NCBI GenBank assembly: GCA_009602725.1
Contig: WELB01000018.1
Location: 13,749-64,570 of the forward strand
DNA from: Spirogloea muscicola
Lineage: Eukaryota
Direction of reading: 5' to 3'
Length of the DNA stretch: 50,822 nucleotides
Position numbers and translations under genes: made by a program. Below are positions 25,713 to 37,420 of the stretch, piece after piece (positions within the stretch are counted from its first letter, which is position 1; each line of letters opens with the position of its first letter). The notes beneath the pieces are model-generated. The model worked only from the letters and a program-made list of their open reading frames with translations, was not told the origin of the DNA and searched no databases.

Positions 25713-28170
25713 TTACCCATTTTCTTGCAACCGCGCCTCTCGGTCAGCATGCTGAATGAAGTCATCGAGCGGGCTGCCGGGACCAAAGTTCACAAGATCT
25801 CGTGGGACGCCACTAGCGAGGCGCATACTTGGCTGCACGCCAGTATAGGACTCCACTACTCTTAGCTCAATGTCAACAACGTCGATGCGTGAAGTCCAAT
25901 CATTGGCAGACTCTTCAAGACCTACTGCATGCGATCCTACTTGCTCCAACTGTGGTGCAACGTGCAAAGAAATTGTGCCGAGTTGCTGTCGCACAGCATC
26001 TGCTTGCTCAGTGCCCTCCTTGCCACCCAGCCCAACATCTTGAGAAATGTGCACGCCATTGGCTTGTCCACTTTCAAGAGAGCTCCTAGTGTCCTTCATA
26101 CGCCCATCTGCCTGCATGGCGAGGTCGTTGAGCTCCTCCCAGGTGTACAGAAGCGGCAGCGTGACTCCTCCATAAGTATTGAAGTCCACAAGCTTCACTT
26201 GCTCATTCCTTGTGACATATACATCAAAAACATCTGTAGCAGAGGAAGAAAAAGGTATGACTTCCATCAGCAACATGCAGTAGGTCCGCTATATATGTGT
26301 CCACCCTTGTAAATGCTTGAATGCAGGGTGGAGTCAGTCAGAAATAATCATTGCGTGCAAAGTTTAATGAGACTACTCACAGCTCTTGCATGCAAATTTA
26401 TCCTTGATGTGTTTCTCAAAGAACTGTAGAAGATTTGCTCTCAGCGTCTCCCTCTTTTGTAAGAGCACAGGATAGTGGCTTGCCACGTCCCTCTGACATA
26501 CGCCTGTCACATGTCCATGACCAGCTAAGCTATTACTCGAGCCAAAAGCTTCATCTGGTGAGGAGAAAGACCATGCTACCCTAGGCATCCAAGCCTTCGT
26601 GAAAGAAGTGCAACACGTGCAGCAGCAGCCAATAAAGATTGGGCCATGGGGCCATACAGAGGAGCACGGACGAGAAGATGGCTTTACCTAGAAGGTGGTG
26701 ATCTTGCACAAAGCACCTGAACTCCATCCCCGGGTGCAAGTCGTACCACTTGCGTAGAACAAGAACAACCTCATCTGGCCTTTCTCTTGAAGCATCCTCG
26801 CAGGCCTCAAATCTACCAAACACCTCGATTCTTGGCTCAATCAGTATGTTGGAGGACAAGAGAACCACTTGCTTGCTGTCTTCTTAAGATTGAGAAATGT
26901 ATTCTGAAGCGCTTTCATAAGCATCTAAGTAAATAATATCATGGAGCAACTTGTAGGCAAGTCATCGAAGGATTTCTGCCTTCATCAGTTTTGACAGCCT
27001 GATATGCTAAGACTGAAGTCCTGAATATAAGTTAGAGATGTACAAAAACTCACGCATGACAAAGGTCGTGCACAAGGGTATCTGAGCTTTTTAGTAAAAG
27101 AATAACTTCGTCAGGATTTGTGCACTTTAAGCTTCCTGAGGGGCTAATCCATGTGGTGTCCTGAAATAGCAGTTCATTACAACAATGGCCTGTCATTTGC
27201 ACGCGACATGACATGACCATCTCTTGTAACGGTTTCTGTTGACTGTTGTACTTGTTGCTGCTGGACATCCTGAGTATAGAAGTTGGAGCTACCATGCATG
27301 AGATTTTGATTGTGAATGAATCTGAATGAGTACGATATTGAATGATTGATTGAGATGTGGATGTTTGAGATCAACCTCTACGGTTGGGAAAGAACCCTAT
27401 ATGAATGACTGCTTGCTTAGGTCTGATGGTTACCTTTGGGCAACTCCAGTTCAACTTTGGAACAACTGCTCCCCCCAAGCGATGGATTGCTGCCCGCAAT
27501 TGATCACACAGATCAGCAAAGATTGGTACCTGGAAGCCTGAGTAAGCAAGAGTGAGGAGCTGTTCCTCATTCAGTGCTCAAGGCTTCTTATTAGTGCATG
27601 CCCAGTCACTTAGGCATGAGCACAAAAAGTCCAACATCAATCCAGCACACCTCGAAAGATGTGTGAGTAGGTATCTGAGGGACTACTGCTGCACTTGATT
27701 ACGCAATCTCATCTGTTGGCCCTATTTTCTGGCAGAAGCAAACACACCTCCGGCTCAGCCGATGTGTCCTCCTCATCGCGCAGAACCTTGTAGTCATCTG
27801 TGTGAGCCTCCCACTGCTCCTGTCTTGGCTTGCTGGGGATCTGCTCTGAGAATTGTGGACCACTAGGAAGAAAATCAAATCCTTGGCATGGAAGTCAAGG
27901 ATAACAATGATAGACAACATTCATACTTCCAGCAGCACATGGAGATGCAAGAGTTGCATCGGCGTACTCTGGTGCATCATGCAAAAGGCTCCAGCCAACG
28001 GTCTGGCAGGCACTTACAGCCTCGCTATGGCCTGGGAGGAAGACGCCGTCCTCAAGCAGGTAGCTTACAAACGCCTCGGGCAGCGAGACGATCTCGCTGC
28101 GGAACGACAAGCTGCGAAAGCTGGGATACCAATTCTGAAACTGGCATTGCAGCACCTCCTCCTCGCGCAT
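25713..28170 (-). CDS. CDC123: Cell division cycle protein 123 (ATP-grasp eIF2 assembly factor, D123 family)
   Basis: CQFQNWYPSFR, PKLNWSCPK, DTTWISPSGSLKCTNPDEVILLLKSSD...HDL, LVLRKWYDLHPGMEFRCFV and FDVYV...LVDFN.YGG.TLPLLYTWEEL. Confidence 0.9.
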
Positions 28171-28404
28171 CCTGGCCGGCTATGGGAGGCACAGCTCTGC
28201 CTGGGGCCTCCACGGGCTGCTCAGCCAGAGCTTTTGAGCTTTTGGAGGCACGCGGCACTGAGAACGCTGCGTCTTCTTGTCCTCCGGGGCCTATCAGCGC
28301 GGCTGCGTAGCACCGTCGGTCGTGCCGTGAGGTCGGACCCGGGGCTGCACCACGACGCGGGTGCTCGCGCCCCCTTGGAGCGGAGGACGAGGCTGGGGCA
28401 GAGG

Positions 28405-28625
28405 GCGAGCAGTACGCATGGTGAAAATAGAAGAACGCTCTTTCACAGATGGCGGGGGCTGTGAAAGAAAGGGCCTCGCCCATTGAGGATAGGGGCTGGA
28501 CAAGCCAGCCCAAAAAAGAATGAACAAAGAACGAGAAGGGGGCCAGAGGAAGCCAGAGGAAGCGCTAAGAAACCAAAGCACACAAAGAAAGAAAGCAGCT
28601 ACAAATCACTCAGTAACCTGTGAAA
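28405..28625 (-). mobile_element. Retrotransposon 3' UTR fragments (mainly type A) upstream of CDC123
   Basis: CTCGCCCATTGAGGATAGGGGCTGGACAAGCCAGCCCAAAAAAGAATG; ORF stop (CTCAGTAACC) near 28610. Confidence 0.8.
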
Positions 28626-28921
28626 GCCAGCCCGAGAAGACTCAGACGAGAAGGCCAAGCAGAACCAGTCCCCTATACAAGCAGACCATGCCGTGGAATA
28701 AGAGCGAAAGCTAGGTACTCAAGCGTTCGTTGCTATGGTACACGAGACAGCTAGGTGCTCACGTATAAGTGCAGATAGACTTACCACGCCCCACCTATGT
28801 GTAGGTGGGCGTCCATGACGACGGTTGCTAGAAGTACTTATTCACAAAAGCTTGACCCTCCTCCGTTAGTGCGTGCCCGGTGCACGGTCCAAAGTAAAAG
28901 TAGTGCAGAGGACAAACCGAA

Positions 28922-30450
28922 CTGGACGACATGCAACTATCGCTGGCCATGTTGACCAGGGCCATTGGGCAGCGGCCCCAGTACCTGACGCGGGCCACTC
29001 CGCCGTCCCCTGGGGCGTTGGCAGCGTATGCAGATTTCGATGCAAGCATGGTGGCGAGCTTGGCGGCCCTGGTCCGCCACCAGGGCTTCCTCCAGTCGCC
29101 AGCAGCTATCCACCAGGCGGCGCTACCCCTCAGCCACGGTGGTCTCGGCCTGCGCCCGCTCGCTCGTTCTTGCCGGGCGGCGTACCTCGGCAGCTGGGCG
29201 CAGACTGCCGCCTCCGTGGCCCAGCGCTTCTTGGTCCACGGCCGGCGGGCACTGGAGCAGGCGGTGGCGGAGGTCGACATGGGCCCGCTGCCGTTCCAGG
29301 TGTCGCTTCGCTCCGCCCACCAGGAGCTGCTCGCGGCGCACCCGGACCTGGCCGGCCAGGCGGTATCCTTTGCGCACCTCGCGCACACCGCCGACTTGCG
29401 CGTCCAAGCGCGCATCGCGGCAGTGGTCGACAAGGCCGCCTACACCACCGCCGTGCTCCAGCTCCCCGAGGCCGACTTGCGCGGGCGCGCGAGACTCCAC
29501 TCGGCCTCTTCCCCGGGGGCTGCGGCGTGGCTCCAGGCCCTCCCCCTCTACGACGCCCTCACCCTCCCGGACGAGGTATTCCGAAGTGCCGTCCACCGGC
29601 TCCTGGGCCTACTGCCGCCATGTCTCCAGGGTGTGCGTCAATGTGAGTGTGGCGAGCGCGGGACCGAGCCTGGAGAGCTGGCTGCTCATGTTCTGCGCTG
29701 TTCCCACGGCGGAGAGCGGACAGCGGCCCACGACCGCCTCCGCGACGTAATGCATGGCATCCTGTTGGAGGCTGGTTTCTCCGTGGCAGCAGAGCACTCC
29801 GGAATCATGCCAATCCAGCACAGGGCCGACGGTCTCCATGCCAGGCGTGTAGACCTGGTGGCCACCCGACAGGCCGGCGGGCCACGTCTTCTCCTGGACG
29901 TGGTGACTACTGATGCCTATGACCGCTCACACCCAGCCAAATGTGCCACCACGGCTGGGTATGCGGTCGCCTGCGCTGCTCGGGCCAAAGAGCTGAAGTA
30001 CGCGGATCATCCGCGGGAAGACGAGTTCTTCCCGTTGGCCATCGACACACATGGGGCGCTGGGCGCTCGGTGGCTCGAGCTGCTCACCCAGCTCGCCCGC
30101 CACACCATCGCCCGGCGCTTCCATGGGGAGCCGGTTGACTTCCCTGCAGCCGGGTCGCTGGCGCAAGTGTATCGAATGCGCCTGGCCGTCTCGCTGCAGA
30201 GGTCCATGGCCCGGGCGCTGCACCTTCGTGCCGGCAGAGCCCTCGCTGCTGCCTCTGGCTCTGGCCAGGGGACCCACTTCCAGGAGCCCAGCATCTCTGA
30301 TCTGCGGCTGCTTAGCAGGGGTTACTGAGTGTCTCGTAGCAGCTTTGTTTCTGTTACTTAGCGCTTCCCCTGGCCCCCTTCTCGTACTCTGTTCATTCTT
30401 TTTCGGGCTGGTTGTTCCAGCCCCTATTCTCAATGGGCGAGCACTTTCTT
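28922..30450 (+). mobile_element. 5'-truncated CRE-like non-LTR retrotransposon with uninterrupted ORF (RT thumb, CCHC knuckle, restriction-like endonuclease)
   Basis: ORF to 30328: LPLSHGGLGL..AAYLGSW, GAAAWLQALP, CECG..HVLRC, AHD, RRVD..LLDV..K..KY, FFPLAIDTHGALG. Type-A tail. 9-bp TSD CAAACCGAA at 28913-28921 and 30451-30459. The RT catalytic core is absent. Confidence 0.88.
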
Positions 30451-30469
30451 CAAACCGAAGCCCTAGGCT

Positions 30470-32110
30470 AAGAAAGTGCGCGTCTATAGAGAAGCGGGGC
30501 TGGCAGAGGCCAGTAAGGAAAGAATGGACAGAATAGGCTAAGGGGCTAAAATAGAAGCAGCTCATTAAAAAGGGCGAGATATGTGAAAAGCCATCCCACT
30601 AAGAAGGACAAGGTCAAGAAGAGCAGGCAAACGTGAAGATCACCAAGGGTGCCTGCTCACTGCAAGGCGGCCAAGCACGCTGACCACCCGGCTGGGGACG
30701 AGTTCGTATCCCTGGCCGTGGATGTACACGGGGCTCTCGGGTCACAGTGGCTCGACCTGCTGGCCAAGCTTGCGCGGCGCGCTGTGTCCGGCAGGCAAGG
30801 TGAGCCGGCTAACTTCAACGCCGCTGGCTCATGGGCCCAGGTCTATCGCATGCATTTGTCAGTCTCCCTCCAGCTGTCCATGGCACCGGCCTTGCATCTG
30901 CGTGCTGGCCGGGCTCTCGCTGCAGCCTCCGGCTTTCGCCAGGGCGATTGTTTTCCGACAGCTAGTCTGTCAGATTTGAGGCTCCTCACTCGTCGCTACG
31001 GAGTGGTCCATCCTCCACCCATTCTGACATAGCGCTTCAGGCCCCTCCGTCATTTAGCCCCTTCGAGACTTTGTCAATTCTTTCGGGCTGGCTTTTCAAA
31101 GCCCTTGCCCTCATTGAGAGAGCCACTTCTTCTGCTCAGTAAAAGCTTAGTCAGGAAGTCAGCTAGTCAGCTAAGTCAACCAGAGAGAAAGCGCAGCCGA
31201 AGGGCGTCCATTCACCAGCTTGCGGTCACCCAACGCTAATGCCAGCAAGGTGAGCAGCCCAGCTTCAATGCCACTGGCTCGCCTGCTCAGGTGTTCTCTA
31301 AGTGCCTAGCAGGCTCAATTCAGCCTACCCTGGCTTATGCTGTCTACAAGCTACTAGAGTTGCGGCTGCTGACTAAGGTCAAGAGCACCCATTCGTTGCA
31401 GCCACTTGCATATGCTACTTGGCCCCTGTGGACCTTGTCGTTTTCTTTGTGGGCTGCCCCATGATGATGATGTGGCAAATTTGTGCCCCTGGCTATCGAC
31501 GTCCAAGGGAATGTGGGGCTTGATATTCCACGTATATTTCCGGGCTTGCACGAAGGGCGGCGTCCCGCTGGCGGCAAGAGAGAGAAGGCGCGCGAAAGGG
31601 AGCAGGCTGACTTCAATGCCACGGGCTCTCTCGCCCTGGTGTACCATGCTGCTCTCCATCTTTCCTGCAGCAGACTTCGGCTCACATCCTGCATCTGCTG
31701 CCCTGACTGCCACTGCGACTACTGGCTTGGGAACCCCTATCTGGCTGCTAGCATTTCCGACTTGCGCCTGTTAAGTAGGGGTTACTGAGCGGCCATCCGT
31801 AATATATCCTTCTTCTCCGCTTTCCAATGTTTCTGGACCTTGTCAGCATTTACCATCCTTGCTGGGCAGTCTTTCACAGCCATCACCCCTTTCTGGAGAA
31901 GCTGGCCCTTAGCACCCGGCTTGCACGCCACACGGTGTCCTAACGGTGGGACGACGAGCAGGCTGACTAAAACGCCGCTGAGTTGATAGCGCAGGTCTAT
32001 TAAATGCGCTGTTTGGTTTTCATATGGCGGTCCATGGCCTACGCCTTGCATCTGCGAGCTGGCCATGCTTTAGCTGCCGCCTCTGGCTATCACCAAGAGG
32101 ACTGCTTCCG
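30470..32110. mobile_element. Stack of further truncated or decayed copies (minus 30470-30565; plus 30649-31132, about 31210-31910 and about 31975-32110)
   Basis: KHADHPAGDEFVSLAVDVHGALG...SLSDLRLLTRRY, AASISDLRLLSRGY*, and type-A tails at about 31075-31132 and 31855-31910. Confidence 0.8.
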
Positions 32111-32572
32111 CTGGGAGCGCTGCAGACTCAACGAAAGCCGCATTTCATAGCAAGCAACTACTGTTTGCGGGACACTGGAATGCCGTGAGCTACCCGCCTG
32201 ACTACATCGGTGGCATCGACAAGCTGTGTCAGGCAATAGAGGAGGGAGGACCACTTCGAACCACTATGTGTACATGGCGCACGGGAAGAAGTGGTCGCTC
32301 AGGGGTTGGTCCTTACAATGTTACTCCTTCCACTTCTCCGCGTAACTCGTCGCCCAACCTAGCACAGTCGGCGTGGGTGCCCCAGCTTGAAACGCGTCGA
32401 TGAGGACGACGTCGAGGAGCCGAGGCCCACCGCTCGGACGCGCCCAGCGCCCAGTCGGTGTTCATGACTACATTAGCGGAGCCACAGAAAGAAAACCTGG
32501 CTCTCCCAATGTGGGCAAGGGCTGTGAAGTCCATGCCTGGGGACTAGGACTAAGACATCAGCCAGAGGACGC

Positions 32573-32935
32573 TCAGTGACCTCTAGTCAGGAGATGCAAG
32601 TCTGAGTAGCTAGCCGGGGGAAAGACGTCGCCTTGACGGAAGCCGGAGGCCGCCGCCAAAGCTCGGCCTGCGCGCAAGTGGATTGCGAACGCAAGGGACC
32701 GCTGAAGCGAGAGAGACGGCCAACCGCATGCGGAAGACCTGCGCGAGGGACCCGGCGACATTGAAGCCGGGCTGCTCGCCCTGCTGCCCGTGGCGGCGGG
32801 CCGCGGCCTGCTGCGCTCGGCGGTGAAGCAAGTCGAGCCACTTGGCGCCGAAGGCCCCGTGTACGTCGACTGCCAGGGGAACAAATTCGTCGCCCACCGG
32901 GTGGTCCGCGTATTTACGTTCCGTGGCTTTGCCAG
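32573..32935 (-). mobile_element. Decayed endonuclease-domain fragment of the same retrotransposon
   Basis: KYADHPVGDEFVPLAVDVHGAFG..AGSLAQVFRMRL / LQRSLAFAIHLRAGRAL..SDLHLLTRGH* with a frameshift. Confidence 0.85.
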
Positions 32936-33077
32936 CCACTCTTCTTTACGGGCGAGCACTTCTGTGAAGTGCCACAGTGATAGCGGATCGAAGACGAGTC
33001 GGGACAGGCCCAGGGTCCCCGTTCCGTCGGCGGGGCTATTCGCCTGCCTGCCGGGAGCCTGCCACGTCGGATGCCGG

Positions 33078-33136
33078 AAGAAAGAAATGGGCTCGCCCAT
33101 TGAGGATAGGGGCTGGACAAGCCAGCCCAAAAAAGA
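33078..33136 (-). mobile_element. About 60-nt tail-only insertion (type A) with TSD
   Basis: Flanked by ATGCCGG at 33071-33077 and 33137-33143. Confidence 0.8.
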
Positions 33137-33349
33137 ATGCCGGCGGCGCTTTGCGGGGGCGGCAGGCGTGGGGACCGCCGCTTTCCGGCGCGGCCGGGGG
33201 GCGGACCACCGGGGCGCGGCCGCGGCTGCCGGGGCCGTTCCACGTCCCCGGCCGTCGCCTTCCGAACGGCGCCGAATGGCTGCGCCAAAACGGCCCGCTC
33301 CGCCCCGTCAGGCATGGAGAGTGGAATCCAGCTTCATACCATTTTGCCT

Positions 33350-33785
33350 TTTGGCTTTTTTTGCCTGAAGTATGCATTGTCTTCAGATGGCCCACCCTTT
33401 CATGTATACACGCACCGCGCGCCTTCTCGCTTGTTGCGCCTTCCGGCCCTATCAAGCCACCTGCGTGCCGGCCGAGCCCTCGCTGCTGCCTCTGGCTCTG
33501 GCCAGGGGACGTCCTTCCAGGAACATAGCCTCTCTGACCTGCGACTGCTTAGCAGGGGTTACTGAGTAGTTAGTAGCTGCATTGTTTCTTCTTGTGTGCT
33601 TCTTTCTTAGTGCTTCGCCTTAGTGCTACGCCTGGCCCCCTTCTTCTTGGGCTTCTTGTACTCTGCTCATTCTTTTTTGGGCTGGCTGTTCCAGCCCCTA
33701 TCCTCAATGGGCGAGCTCTTTCTTCTTTCAAGCCTTGTACATTCCTTTGGGCTGGCCTCTCTCCTCTCATTGGACGCATTTCTTC
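33350..33785 (+). mobile_element. Tandem 3' fragments (type C, then ORF end with type A, then partial type A) upstream of HIR paralog 1
   Basis: CACGCACCGCGCGCCTTCT near 33410-33428; HLRAGRALAAASGSGQG..SLSDLRLLSRGY* ending at 33565; GGGCTGGCTGTTCCAGCCCCTATCCTCAATGGGCGAG. Confidence 0.8.
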
Positions 33786-34153
33786 GTCACGCAGCCCGGC
33801 GGGGGACGACCGAGGGTGTCTCCCCCACCCCCCGCCCCCTCCCCCCGGCAGCTTCCGGGGCGGCCCCCGGCTCGTCCCCTCGTCCCAGGTGTTGGCAGGC
33901 ACCCCAGCCACCGCAGCCACACCCTGCGAGGCGCAGCGCCGCGCCGCCAGCCTCGGCTTGGCCCCGGACGCCCTCCCCGTCGAGCGAGCGGGCGGGCCCC
34001 ACGGAGGCCGTGCCTTGGGCCTGTCCACCTTCACAGCCGACGGCTGCGACGCTTGCCCGTCGTAGTCGCCCTCGCGGAGCTTTCCGCCGTCGTGAGCTGC
34101 TTCGTTAGTAGCTTTGTCGCTCCGCTTCCCCTCGCTCGCCTTGCTCCACAGCC

Positions 34154-36090
34154 ATGGGCCAGGCGTTCTGCTGCCTGCAAGTGGAGCAGGCGACTGTTGG
34201 CATCGTAGAGCAGTGTGGCAGCTTCAGCCACGTCTCGCAGCCGGGTTGTCACTTTCTGCCGTGGATATGCGGCACAAACCTCGCCGGCGTGCTCAGTGTC
34301 CGCATCCAGCAGCTGGACGTTCGCTGTGAGACCAAGACCAAGGTACTGGGTGGCCACTCTGGTTGACAACGTAACCCGTCACTCATGTCACGCTTTAGTA
34401 TTGCCTCGTTGAGGGTCACTGGCTGCCCTTTTGCTGACACTATGTGCAAAATGCCGGAGAACTTGGCCGCAAGCGATGGGAGTGCATAGCCTGCGACAAA
34501 GCGATCATACGGACTTGACCTGTTGACTGTGTTCAGGATAATGTCTTCGTTAATGTGGTAGCATCAATACAATATCGGGTCATTCGCGAGAATGCCGTGG
34601 ACGCCTTCTACAAGCTTACAAGTCCTCGCGAACAAATCCAGGCATACGTGTTTGATGGTGAGTCACTTTAGCAAGCACTGGCCATCTGATGAGTGCAAGA
34701 ACCTCAGTGGAGAAGTATGTCATTACCACTTTTGATCATGGTCGTCTCTCCTAATTTGCCTTTTGCAGTGGTGCGGTCAAGTGTGCCAAAGATGAATCTG
34801 GATGCCGTCTTTGAGTCGAAGAATGATGTTGCAAAGATTGTTGAAGAGGAGCTCGAGAAGGTGCCTACATGCCACTTATTCACAAAGCGGTCCTGCTCAG
34901 AGCATTTCTCTCTCTTCGGAGCTTCTCAATTCAGCAGAGCAAGAAATTTCTGATGGGTTACTGACTGTAACTGCAAGGGGCATGCCTTCGACTCTTCCTT
35001 CCACTCAGGCAGCTTCAAGTGGTCATTTTCCTCAGCGCTTGCCGGAATGTGAGGTTGTGCTGATCAAACTGTTGATTCCACAGGCAATGACCACTTACGG
35101 GTATGAGATTGTCCAGACTTTGATAGTGGACATTGAGCCTGATCAGACCGTGAAGCGTGCAATGAACGAGATCAATGCAGGCAAGCTCAACTTCGTGTCT
35201 GCTAGAGGAAGGACGCTGTACTTGCATATGCTGCATCTTTGGACCCACAAAAAGAATGTGTCAATTCAGCAGGCGACAGAAAGGCACATTTGGGAACTGA
35301 CACATGATCTACTTATAACACACATATTGTGTTCGTGGCAGCTGTACGCTTGCGAGCTGCAGCAACTGAGAAAGGTGAGGCAGAGAAGGTATTAAAGGTG
35401 AAACAGGCGGAGGCAGAGGCAGAATCCAAATATCTTGCTGGGCTCGGTATTGCAAGACAACGTCAGGTACGCTAGACGATCTTTTAGGACTGAGCATCAA
35501 CACCCTGTATGGGCATAAATTTAATTTGATGTCACCTTGTGCTGGAAAGAGAGAACCTCTATCTGACTTAGAGAGAGACACTTATGGTAATATTTTAGCT
35601 CACATGCTTGCTCTACTGGTATTAGGTTGATACTGCTCTCGGGTGTAGACTGTGCAGCTTCTTGATGCATTGGAATCTGCAAGTTGATGGTCCAGCTGAT
35701 TTGACAAGCTTCGTTGTGTTTAAACAGGCAATTGTAGATGGACTGCGTGAGAGCGTTCTGGCATTTTCTGGCAATGTTCCTGGTACAGCTCCAAAGGATG
35801 TCATGGAGATGGTGCTCATGACACAGTATTTCGATACCATGAAGGATATAGGCACAAGCTCTAGGAATTCAACTATCTTCTTGCCTCATGGTCCAGCCAA
35901 TGTTGCAGAGATTGCCAATCAGGTGAGACACCTGCTTCAGACGGACTGAAAGATTGCTTACCTCTTGTGCATGTCGACAATTGAAGCTGTACGTACAGCT
36001 TCAATTGGCATGATGCTTGACCTTGCATTGTGCTGCTTTATGCAGGTCCGCTACGGGTTGACGCCACCACCTCCTATGAAGTTTGAGTGA
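34154..36090 (+). CDS. Hypersensitive-induced reaction (HIR) protein, SPFH/band-7 family, paralog 1
   Basis: MGQAFCC (myristoylation/palmitoylation-type start), [61 protein letters not shown] and [15 protein letters not shown]. Confidence 0.93.
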
Positions 36091-36482
36091 CAGTGCCCAG
36101 ATTGGTCATCAGCAGAGGGCTAAATGAGGCACTTAGGTGGTCACAATACCAGGCAATAAACTTTTGGGCAAGCATGTACATTACACACTTCACACTTAAT
36201 ACTTTTATGCTCTCGAGCTTTTCCTGTCTTTTGCAATTGTCACCATTAAGGCATGATAGATTGTAGACGGGCACCATGTGATGCACTGAGAGTTGTGAAG
36301 AAGCTCCTCCCACTCGTTGGAACATTTTGAAAACCATGGATACCGAGATTCGTCATGGGGCGTCAGTGTGAGGTCTGCACTGGGTTGAGGACGTGGGGCG
36401 AGGCGGGGTTGACGGGGTCAACAGTCATGCAAGGCTTGTGGGCTGTGGGCTCATATTCAGGAGTAAGGTTGGCCTAGCCATC

Positions 36483-36572
36483 CCTGGCCCTTCGAACTTC
36501 GTTCATTCTTTTTATGGGCTGGCCTCTCCTAGCCACCTAGCCACCGCCCTCTCCTGGAAGCGTCTTTCTTCT
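36483..36572 (+). mobile_element. About 90-nt type-A tail insertion with TSD
   Basis: CTAGCCATC at 36474-36482 and 36573-36581 brackets the CATTCTTTTTATGGGCTGGC tail. Confidence 0.75.
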
Positions 36573-36604
36573 CTAGCCATCGCAGCGTTGCAAAGCATAC
36601 GGCT

Positions 36605-37110
36605 CAAAAGGGAAATTTCGTGTATTTAAAACAAATGTAGGCCAATGGCCAAGTGCAAAGGCAAGCACATCTGAAGATCTACATGACCTACAGCAGATTG
36701 ACCCGCTCAGTAACCACGGGTCAAAACATAAAGGTCGCTAATCGATGCATGAATACTAGATGTCAGATTCGAAGCCCTTCTGCCACCAACTAGAGCTCGC
36801 CCAGCTTTCTGGTGCAAGGCATTAGCCTGAGCACGCTGCAAACAGGCCGAAACTCGTCGTCGCAAGAACGACAGATATGCAGCTAGCAAGCCCATATCAG
36901 CCGGGAACACATGTGCACGTCCAGTGTAGCCTAGATTGGCAATGTTCTGGAAGGAGAGAAGTGGCACTCCCAATGGGGGCAAGGGCTGCGAAAAGCCAGC
37001 CCAAAAAGGAGGGTGTGGAAACGAGCACCCAGACAGCCAAAAGATATCGATTGCCGCTGGCAGGAGCTGATCGCATTGGGGCTCAAAAGAGCGGCTGTAA
37101 CAGCCAGCCG
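36605..37110 (-). mobile_element. Type-B truncated copy with a nested 49-nt type-A insertion (36957-37005)
   Basis: LLPAAID..LRRRVSACLQRAQANALHQKAGRAL..SISDLYVLTRGY*; 3' UTR resembles 7490-7592. Confidence 0.85.
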
Positions 37111-37255
37111 GGTGCATACAGAGGGTGTTCATAACTCTGCGGGCATTGCGGCGGTCCGGGCTTGCCCGGGAGAGCCAAAGCTCGGCAGGGTGACGTGGGA
37201 AGATGTGAAGAAAGTGGTCCGGGCGGCGCGGGACCATGTGGGCAAAGCCAACACA

Positions 37256-37277
37256 TGGGCCGACTGGGCCAGGCCCA
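37256..37277. promoter_or_regulatory. Cluster of site II-like motifs (TGGGCC/GGCCCA) about 150 bp upstream of HIR paralog 2
   Basis: TGGGCC at 37256 and 37265, GGCCCA at 37272. The GC-rich background makes chance matches plausible. Confidence 0.3.
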
Positions 37278-37420
37278 CCACGGTGGCCCGTCAGCTTCTG
37301 CGAAGCAGCGACGGCTGACTAGGCGTCGGCGCCGTCAGCGGCAGCCCCCCCGGCGCCGCTCGCCGCCGCCGCCGCCGCCTTGGCGGCCCGCGTCGCTGCC
37401 CGGCCCCTGCGGGCGCCGCC

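Noticed and set aside
28931..30328. Domesticated stand-alone nuclease gene
   Set aside because: The TSD and 5' truncation within the RT thumb indicate a recent dead-on-arrival insertion. The ATG is an internal Met.
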